A DNA stretch of 64,000 nt from Scyliorhinus canicula (taxonomy: Eukaryota), in assembly GCF_902713615.1 (NCBI RefSeq), contig NC_052151.1, positions 182,879,242 through 182,943,241 on the forward strand, given 5' to 3'. Numbering within the stretch: the first letter of the stretch is position 1; every line of letters begins with the position of its first letter. This document shows positions 40,581-50,017 of this stretch, piece after piece. A model generated the notes under the pieces. That model searched no databases, was not told the origin of the DNA, and saw only the letters and a program-made list of their open reading frames with translations. The position numbers and the translations under genes were made by a program.

Positions 40581-41216
40581 CTCTCTGCCTTCTATGGCCT
40601 TTGCATAACTAGATACTTACAAATAAAGAATTAGTCAGGTAACTCGATCATTTTTAATTTACAATCATAGGCAGTCTTTGAACCCCACATATCATGTTCC
40701 AACATCCCATTTTTTCCTGTGTCTTTCTCTACCTACCCGCTTTGGTTCCATGACCCTTAACATCCGATGAAAATCTATCAATCTTAGTCTTGAGATTTTC
40801 AAGTGACCCTTGCATTTTTGAGAAGAATTCCAGGTTTCCACAACCTAGTTCTAATTTGAACATTAAGCTCCTTTTCTACATTTCCCCTGCAATTGGGTAG
40901 ATAGAAACTATTTCCTTATACTGTCTTAAACGCCATAATTAGATCATCTCTTAACCGTCTGTACTCAAAAAGGAAGTTAAGTATTAAGAGGTTTCTAATG
41001 TTGCCAAAAAGAATAACAATCCTGAGGATTGGAAGGATTTTAGAATTCAGCAAATGCTGACCAAGAAATTAATTTTTAAACAGTGAAAATAGGATGAGAT
41101 TACATCAGCTAGAGGCACAAATATAGTATGTAAAAGCAAAATTGAAGAGATTAGTTAGAGTAAACTTGGGTCCCTTACAGGCATTGGCAGTCTTAAGGAA
41201 ATGGCAGAGACATTAG

Positions 41217-42165
41217 GGGAGACACATTGGCACAGTGGTTAGCACTGCTACCTCAGCTGCAGGGACCTGGGTTCGATTCCAACCTCGGGTGACTATCTGT
41301 GTGGAGTTTGAACATTCTCCCAGTGTTTGTGTGGGTTTCCTCCGGGTGCTCCAGTTTCCTCCCACAGTCCAAAGACGTACAGATTAGGTGGATTGGCTAT
41401 GCTAAAACCAGCTTGGTAGCATAGTGGTGAAGACTATGGCTTCACAGCGCCAGGGTGCCAGGTTCGATTCCTGGCTTGGGTTACTGCCTGTGCGAGGTCT
41501 GCACGTTCTCCCTGGGACTGCGTGGGTTTCTTCCGGGTGCTCCGGCTTCCTCCCACAAGTCCCGAAAGACGTGCCGTTAGGTAATTTGGACATTCTGAAT
41601 TTTCCCTCTGTGAACCCGAACAGGGGCGGAATGTGGCGACGCGGGGCTTTTAACAGTAACTTCATTGCAGTATTACTTGTAAGCTTACTTATGACAATAA
41701 AGATTATTTATGGGACGGCACAGTGGTTAGCACAGTTGCTTCACAGCTCCAGGATCTCAGGATTGATTCCCGGCTTGGGTCACTGTCTCCCAGTGTCTGC
41801 GTGGGTTTCCTCCGGGTGTTCCAGTGTCCTCCCACAATCCAAAGATGTACAGGTTAGGTGGACTGACCATGCTAAATTGCCCTTCGTGTCCAGAAACATT
41901 ACGTGGGGTTACTGGGTTACGGGGATAGGGTAGCGGCATTGTCTTAAATAGGGTGCTCTTTCCAGTGGCCAGTGCAGACTCGATGGGCTAAATGGCCTCC
42001 GTCTGCATTGTAAATTCTATGCTTCTATACTATGCTAAATTGTCCCTAGGTGGGGTTACAGGGATATGGTGGGGAATTGGGTCTGGGTGAGGTGCTCTAT
42101 CAGAGGGTTGATGCAAGTGTGATGGGACGAATGGCCTCCTTCTGCACTGCAGGGATTCTATGATT
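41217..42165 (+). mobile_element. Nested cluster of three SINEs within an old CR1 fragment
   Basis: Host SINE split at a CTATGCTAAA direct repeat (41397-41406 and 42030-42039) that encloses two tandem SINEs. Confidence 0.82.
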
Positions 42166-42823
42166 AAACAAACAGTTTGCTTTTGCCTTCATTGTGAAAA
42201 GTTCACAAAACATTCCAGAATTACTGGGAGCCAAGGGTCTAAACAAAGTGAAGAATTTTAAAGTATTGTTCTTAAAGAAATAATGCTGGAGAAATTAATG
42301 GGACTAAAAGCTGACTAAAGGTCCCTGGCTTGATGGCCTCCATCCTAGGAGTTGTAAAAAGGCTGCGTCAGAGATAACAGATCAGTTTTATCTTTCAGAA
42401 TTCCCTAGAACTTAAATTAAGAATCGCCTTTGCAGATTGGAAAGTAGCAAATGAAGCCCCACTGTTCCAAGAAATGAGGAGAAAGAAAACAGAGAACTAT
42501 AGAGCAGTCATCCTAACATTAGGAGACAAAATGCTAAAAGCTATTATTAGGGGTGCTTTAATAGGGCATATGGAGGCTTATTTTACCCAAAAGGAAATTT
42601 TGTTTGACAAATTTTAAAGTAGTTACTGACTTCTTGTGACAAGCTCTTCCCCACAGACAGCCATTCTATTCCCTCTCCAATTCTTACTTTCCTGCTCTTG
42701 GTCAAGAGTCCTTCTTGACTTCCTCCCAAGGAGCCCAAGTGGAACAAAGCAAAGCCTTCCATTTAGTCGGCAGCCTCATCTATTACAGCAACAGAATTGC
42801 ATTTGTTAATGCACATGTCTTAC

Positions 42824-42907
42824 CTGATCCAGAGATGTGGATTGCAATCCCATGCTCTAGTTCTGCAATCCCCTTCTTGTACCACTCCACAGCTTTTTCC
42901 TTCTGTC
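42824..42907 (-). CDS. SPAST: Spastin exon 2 (MIT)
   Basis: 84 nt, (G)[27 protein letters not shown]; cag| acceptor and |gtaag donor; phase 1-1. Confidence 0.96.
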
Positions 42908-44744
42908 CTGTTCAAACAGAGGAGCAGGATTACCCACAAATTACTGAAACAACATAATGCCTTAACACAACTCAAAAACAGCATTGTTTAACTTGTCTTA
43001 AATCTTTGGGGATTGATGGCAATCTGCTGCTTTTCTACCAACCAGAGCTGTCACCAGCATTTCAGGGAAGTGTGATATTGAACATATGACATTTTCATAC
43101 CTGGTCTAATTTGAACAGTGAAAAGTAATCTATTTGTACAGTAATTTGCGTTGTCTAGTCAAACCCAGATTTGTTGCCTAAAGCATGCACTCAGAGGTGT
43201 GCAAAACAGGGTCACTTTTGATGTGAAAGTGATGGAACAGGAGAAATTGAGGCATTGCACACCAATGACACATGAGTATATGCATTACCCAACTGATGCC
43301 CAGTAGCTGCTAAAGGCAAGAGACCAGAATACACAAAGATCAACACAATCACAGACTCCACACAAATGGACATGCTATCCAAAATACAATTCTCACAGTC
43401 TGGCTCCAGTTTACAGGTTCCTATTCAAATTTTATGGGACTGGATATTTGAAAAGTACTGTTGCCATGCTGGTGGATACATCACACATCAAAACACGCAT
43501 TGGTCCCTTAATACCTGCTGGTTGAGATGTACATAAATTAATAGGAGCACTGACTGTTGCGTGCAGCCAGTGACACTCCGTGTTTATGAAGAAGGAAAAA
43601 CATGCCCAATAATTAACTGCTGAACAATTGTAAAACGTCGAGGTGCAAACAACGCTGAACAGAAGGGGAAAGAAGGGAGAGAATGGAACAAACAAATAGG
43701 GTTCATGGTCAATACTCTTCAAACCATTTAAAAATTAGATATGTATATGTGATTTTCTTTTAAATTCCAATCTATATTCCTGCTCCCCACACACAATTTC
43801 ATAATGTTGCAATATGGGTCATGTGTTTAAAACAAAACCCCTTTAGGTTCAACTAATTTCAATATAAATCGTGTAGTTTAAGGAGGCTGAGCCTCAACTG
43901 CTCCTGCTTGTATTCTGACTACAGTTCTGAACATGAAGTCCCAAGGGAGTCAGCGTCAATGCATTAGACAACATGTTGGTCAACCTCAGCAGAAGGTGCA
44001 CAGAGTCAAGACAAAATGCAATCTTCAGATTCTGTTTATAAAAATTTGTTCAAGGAGTGTGCCTGTCACTGGCAACGCCACCATTTATTTCCCATCGCTA
44101 ACCCTCCAGAAGGTGGTGGCAGATTGCCTTCTTGAATGCAATCCATGTGGCAAATGTACTCACAAAGCAACATTAAGAGGACATTCTAGAATTTGGGAGG
44201 ATGCTCGTCAGTGAAGGAAGGATATATTTCTAAGTTCGGATGGTGTCCAACTCGGAAGGGAAGTAAGTTTGGAAGCGGCTGTCAAACGAGCACTGGTGAG
44301 TTTCCGCAGTTCATCTTGTAGATAATGAACAGAGTAGCTATTGTGTGGCTGATGGTGGAAGAAGTGAATTGTTAATGCGGTGGATGGGGCGCCAATCATG
44401 CAGGTTGCTTTGTCCTGGATGCTGTCACAATTCAGAGTTGTACTTATCCAGGCAAGTGGAGAGTATTCCATCATGCTTCTGTCCATGCCTTGTTAGAAGA
44501 AGGTGAAAAGCTTTGGGGAATTCTGGAACAGTATGGTGTTGGTTGAATCCAAACTGAAGTGGGATTAAATGGCAGGGGATAACTCGACCAGTCCATTAAA
44601 TATAACCTGACTCTTCTATTTCCATAATTCCAACTGGGAAGCAGGTCATTATTCCCTGTCAGCGTTACCCTCCAAAAACAAATAATTCTAATCACAGAAC
44701 TACACCCATAATCCACATATGCCTCCACATCCCTATTCTTTCAT

Positions 44745-44920
44745 ATAATAATAATCACTTATTGTCACAAGTAGGCTTCAATGAAGTTACTGTGAAAAGT
44801 CCCTAGTCGCCACATTCCGGCGCCTGTTTGGGGAGGCTGGGACGGGAATTGAACCCGCGCTGCTGGCATTGTTCTGTACTACAAGCCAGCGATTAAGCCC
44901 ACTGTGCTAAACCAGCCCCT
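44745..44920 (-). mobile_element. Short tRNA SINE without V-domain, (TTA)n or (TTTCA)n ended
   Basis: Head GGGCTGGTTTAGCACAGTGGGCT, B-box GGTTCAATTCCC, tail GGAATGTGGCGACTAGGG...CACAGTAACTTCATTG. Copies at 46680-46865(-), 51282-51470(-), 60607-60772(-) and 61113-61282(+). Confidence 0.88.
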
Positions 44921-46429
44921 ACATTTACATATCCAATCTAACATTGAATGTTGACTTTGAGACTGAGACAGAAACTAAGTCAATTCTAGAGCCCAGTGAT
45001 GAGGATCGCTTTTTGTCGGTTCTAAATCTTTAAACCCCTCAACTACTGGAAATAATCTGCTGCTATCTACTTTGCCCATCCTCTCAACTTCCATCATTTC
45101 ATAACCTGCAGTGTTTCAAAAAAAAAAGTGAATTCCAAATCTTTCTTTGTATTTATATATTCTCAAAGCCAACAGCATCCTATTGAATCTGCAGTTACCT
45201 CAATAGGATGCTTAAACTTGTTCCTCCGTCCATTAAAATTCCTCCGTCAACACGAATAATAGAAAATACCGTTGGAAATGCAATTACATTAGAAATGTAC
45301 TCAAGCGGCTTCCATAATAAATGTGGAAGAACTCATAACAAAAAATCTTGACAGGAAGTGCAATATTTTAATATATTTATAACTCAATTATAGCCTTATG
45401 GCACCGAGGACCTAGGTTCAATCCCAGCCCCTGGTCACTGTCCGTGTGGAGTTTGCACATGCTAAATTGCCTCTTAATTGGGGAAAAATATAATTGGGTA
45501 CTTTTAATTTTAAAAAATAAGTAGATTGTGATTTTGTCTAAGTTCTGGTGTAATTATCCTGGTAATGTACCGGTGGAAAAGTAGAGAACAATATGAGTTC
45601 CTCTTATCATCACCATGTCCCAATTACAGCAGTCATGTAATACGGCAAGACATGGTTAAAGGAAAGGACTCCCATTACTGTAGCATCTTACACAACCTCA
45701 GGATGTCCCAAAATCGCTCTAAAGCCAATCAGGTATTTTGAAGCATAGTCACTGTTGTAATGCGGGAAATTAGATAAATGAGGTCATCTGTTTCTGGCAT
45801 TAACTGAGGGATTAAGTTCTGTCCAATAATTACAATGCAATGCTTGTCAAGTTGCATAGTGTGGTGGGCTGTCACACAAAACAAAATTCAACTCAACTTT
45901 GTCAGCTTTTATCAGGTCTTGTCCAACTTACTAGGTGGAGCCATTTAGGAAACAGACCATTGCACTGGGAGACAACAAAGAAGGCACGAAGCTGAGGCAC
46001 AGGAAGTCAGTAGCCTGTGCTATCCACTTCTCAGACTAAGCTTGAGTTGACACATTAGCAGCAATAGTTTTTTCAACAGCTTAAGTGCATCTTAAGGACA
46101 CATTTTTTGTATTTCAAAGTTTAGTCACTGTTCTATGCAAATTGCACCAGAATACTAAATAGTAGCTGTATCAAAACAAGATAGGCAGGCATCTCTGGTG
46201 TACATAAACCGGTCATGCAAATTAAACACTTGTTTCAACACCTCACACTCATTGTCCTCCACAGACTGAGAGAATAAGCATGTGCGTGTGCGCCAGGTGT
46301 TTGAACACTTTTGTTCTGTGATGTGACATGGAAAACTGGAAGAAAGGGGCCACTGAGATGAATGGAGTTTAATTTGATGAGATTTTGTACACTAGAGCTG
46401 CAAGTCTATATCGTTTTATCACAGCACAC

Positions 46430-48270
46430 TTACATAACATCACATGGCGTAGATTCCTACATTACAACAGTGTTACTTGTACCACAATGTAACAAAGTGT
46501 TGCATGCACTACACCAAAACAAAGTAACAAATTAAAATGGCATACAGCAAAGTAACACATTAACATTTCAAATCAATGCAGCAAAACACCAATGCATACC
46601 TCTACATTAGAATGTACCACAGAAGCACAGCAATGGGTGTGCTACAATGCGATGCAGCTACACAGCACGGAATACATTGCAATGAATGAAATGAATGAAA
46701 ATCGCTTATTGTCACAAGTAGGCTTCAAACGAAGTTACTGTGAAAAGCCCCTTGTTGCCACATTCCAGCACCTGTTCGGGGAGGCCGGTACAGGAGTTGA
46801 ACCCACGCTGCTGGCCTGCCTTGGTCTGATTTCAAAGCCAGCAATTTAGACCTGTGCTAAACCAAGACTTAGTAATGCATGTATATTATGAAGTGACACC
46901 AACATGTTCATGAATGCAGCACATGAAGCAGTGACACAGCAATACATGTTTTGACATCATGATGCAATGCTGCAACAATAATGCACTTTATACATTACGA
47001 TGCAACCCAAAGATGCATGCTCTGCACTGCTATGCAGTGAGGAAATAATACACAGTGACATAGTAAAACGCATGACATTTTGTTGCCTCGCCGCAACAAG
47101 ATACTGCATATACATCGCAGCCCAACAATATAGTAATGCCTGGATTTGCAATTCAAATGACCACAAAACTGTCAGGATTCACTGCCATGCACATGCATAG
47201 CAAAACAAATCCAGAAGCTACTGTCAGGAATATCCTGCTTCTGCACAGCCTTCTCAGGCACAATTAGCACATAAATCATTGACTTGATTGAACTTCACTT
47301 TACCATGCACTATTCTTGCCATTGAGCCACTGAAAATGTTACATCATAGAATCTTGTGTTAGTTATTCCTGAACAACCTTCTGCTCCCAGACAAACTAAC
47401 TTAGACATCATGCATTCCATGATAACAAATCCATAGATTTTTAAAATAACTTTAAAACGGTTATTATATTTCAGTTTCTACCATAGTCCTGTATGTATGT
47501 GCCAATGTTTATTTCCCTTGCTGTAAAATTATTTAAATAATCACTGCTCTTTGCTTTACTTTCAGAATTCTTCAATCTGGTTTTTGCTCAGCCTGCTATT
47601 CCTGGACATCAGAGATCCCCTACAGCTGGCCCCAGAATGAAACCATGTTGTTACACAGGAAATTACCATCACCGGTCTTTGTGGGTAATTTTCTAAACTA
47701 CTGACTGCAAAACCTAAGCTAATGTAATGCCACAACATGGCAACATGTGCACATTACAGTGCAACACCACATGACACAGTAATGCATGCACCATATTATA
47801 GTGGGACGCTGCATGACAAAGTAAGGCATGCATTCTCTGCAACACCACAAGACACAGTAAGGCAGACATTACATTACATGATACAGTAGACATGCATTAC
47901 AGTGCAACTTCAAAACAAAGGCTTGCATCACACTTCAATGGCACACCACAATGTGTTACCGATGGTAACAAACAGACCGAAATGCAACATTGTAAGAAGG
48001 CTGCAGAGGTCAAATCAGAGTTATGGGGAGAAGACTGGAGAATGGGGATGAGAAACATATCAGCCATGATTAAATGACTCGATGGGCCGAATGGCCTGAT
48101 TTTGCACTTATGGTAATACGTACCCTGCATTAGAGAATGTAGTAACACAACTACACTGCAAGTGATGACGAAAAATAATGCTTTTACTACATAATAAACA
48201 AATTCAACATGCCAATATACTACATAAAACAATGCAGCCATATTACAATGCCAACTACAATGCATTCACA
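46430..48270. repeat. Decayed CA/TGCA-rich low-complexity tandem repeats in SPAST intron 1
   Basis: Recurring units such as GCAACACCACAWGACACAGTAA.GCA at ~47760-47900; similar composition at 46430-47200. Confidence 0.6.
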
Positions 48271-48425
48271 TTGGGCCCGAAACAATATTGTCCTGTCAGT
48301 CCCTCACCTGGCTCAGAGGGGCAGGGCGCTGACCCAACAACGCTTGTAATCGCCCAACAAAAGCCTCCCTCCTCCCCAGACCCGGCCCTGCCCTGCCCGC
48401 TCTGGTGCGGCGGAACCCCGCTCAC

Positions 48426-48759
48426 CTTTGTCGTCCTCGTCGATCTTGAGAGCGGTGGAGATGTAGTCGAAGGCCAGCTTGTGGGACTGGCGGACCTGCT
48501 CGGGCTCGGCCGTGGCCACGGAAGGGGCGGTCTTGCGCGATGCCATCTCGGCCAGGCGCTGGCAGACGTAGGCGAAGAAGAGCCAGAGGTGGAAGGCCAG
48601 GAAGCGCAGGAAGCTGAAGACGGCCACCAACGGGTAGGCGAAGTAGTAGAGGTTCCGCTTGTGGAGCGAGAGTCTGTCGCTGCTGCTGCTGCTGCTGCCG
48701 TCGGGCGGAGCTCGGGCCGGTGCCTTCTTCTTGCTGCCTCGTCCGCCCGGAGAATTCAT
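48426..48759 (-). CDS. SPAST: Spastin exon 1 (M1 start, hydrophobic hairpin, second Met M72, start of MIT)
   Basis: MNSPGGRGSKKK...HKRNLYYFAYPLVAVFSFLRFLAFHLWLFFAYVCQR...HKLAFDYISTALKIDEDDK; donor G|gtgag at 48425. Confidence 0.97.
48679..48696 (-). repeat. (AGC)6 trinucleotide repeat encoding poly-Ser in SPAST exon 1
   Basis: GCT x6 on the plus strand. Confidence 0.9.
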
Positions 48760-48789
48760 CCACCCGCCCTCTCTCCGCCATCACCCACA

Positions 48790-48980
48790 CCCCGACCACG
48801 CATGCGCGGGCACCACCCCCTCATTGTCCGGCTACCCGCCAATCGGAGGGGCAGGTGCCGAGCCGTCCTCCAATCCGAAAGCGGGTGCGCGGGCTGGGCC
48901 AATCAGAACGTCGTGCTCCGCTGTGCCAGGTGTGGGGAACAGCCAACCGGAGGCGGGATGAATCCCCGTCCAATCAGAGA
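48790..48980 (-). promoter_or_regulatory. SPAST CpG-island promoter with four CCAAT boxes and an NRF1-like site
   Basis: CpG-rich from about 48380 to 48990. CCAAT at 48839, 48870, 48899 and 48970 (+ strand). CGCATGCGC at 48799-48807. No obvious TATA box. Confidence 0.75.
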
Positions 48981-49720
48981 GCAGGACGACTCCTCATTAA
49001 TAAAACGCGGCTGCTGAAAATGCTCAGCAGCTCAGGTAGCATCTGTGGGGGCAGAGACAAGCAAAGACCCTGCCTGAGGAGTGGTCGCGAGTACTGACCA
49101 GCAACTCAAAAAGTAGAGAGAAAAAAGGAAATAGCTCAAAGAAGCAGGAAAAGAAACTGAAGGAGCTGGAGTGCTTGGGTGAAGTGCAGCTGATGATTAA
49201 ATAGCAGGTGTATTATTTGCATGAGGCAGAATAATGAAAATCATAGAATCCCCACAGTACAGGAGGCCATTCGGCCCATCGAGTCTGCAACAACCCTTCG
49301 AAAGAGCACCCATCCACCCAGCCCTATCTCCGGAACCCATCCCACACATCCCTGGACATTAAGGGGCAATTTATCATGGCCAATTCACCTAACACGTATA
49401 TTTTTGGACTGTGGGAGGAAACCCACACTGGGAGGAAGTGCAAACTCCACACAGACAGTGACCCAAGGTCTGAATTGAACCTGGATCCCTGGTGCTGTGA
49501 GACAGCAGTGCTAACCACTATGCCACCCCTATAAAAATGCAGCACTGAGTGTGTGGCTAGCTGGAGGGATAGGCAAAAGAAAGTAAAGTCTTGGGCCAGA
49601 ATTTTACACTCTTGGAGTGGGCACACGCAACCAGCCTGAACTCACATGCGAGATGTTGAGCAAGCCCATAGAATCCCTACAGTGCAGAAGGAGGCCATTC
49701 GGCCTATTGAGTCTGCACTG

Positions 49721-50017
49721 TGATGGAACCATCAATTCACCAGACACGTGTTTCCGATGTGAATCTAGGCTTTAATCGACTTACTTCAGAGCCAGCCTGT
49801 GATCTGTCAATGAACTCATAGTGACCCAGGCTGACTCTGGACATGGGTATTTATACAGCTGCACTAGGGGGAGGAGTCATGGGCGGAGCCAAGGGTGGAG
49901 CTCAGTATAAGTTCCTGAGTGCTCCATGTGCTACTCCCCCTAGTGGTAGGATAGCGCTGCTGCGCTTACAAAGACCGTGTGAATTAACATATATACATTT
50001 ATATTACATTCACCACA
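49721..50017 (-). mobile_element. Solo LTR inserted into an HE1-like SINE
   Basis: TG...CA ends and CACTG direct repeats (49716-49720 and 50018-50022). The host SINE resumes on both sides. Minus-strand TATAAATA at ~49855-49848 and ATTAAA at ~49776-49771. Confidence 0.75.

Noticed and set aside
47720-47960. Repeat-spacer-like pattern resembling a CRISPR array
   Set aside because: Units are degenerate and low-complexity, with no constant repeat or unique spacers, in a vertebrate intron.
48313-48425. Read-through of the exon 1 ORF to 148 aa
   Set aside because: This is intron sequence after a clear G|gtgag donor.
48178-49017. 279-aa plus-strand ORF, the longest in the track
   Set aside because: Antisense shadow of GC-rich exon 1 and the CpG island; no recognisable domain and a TTG start.
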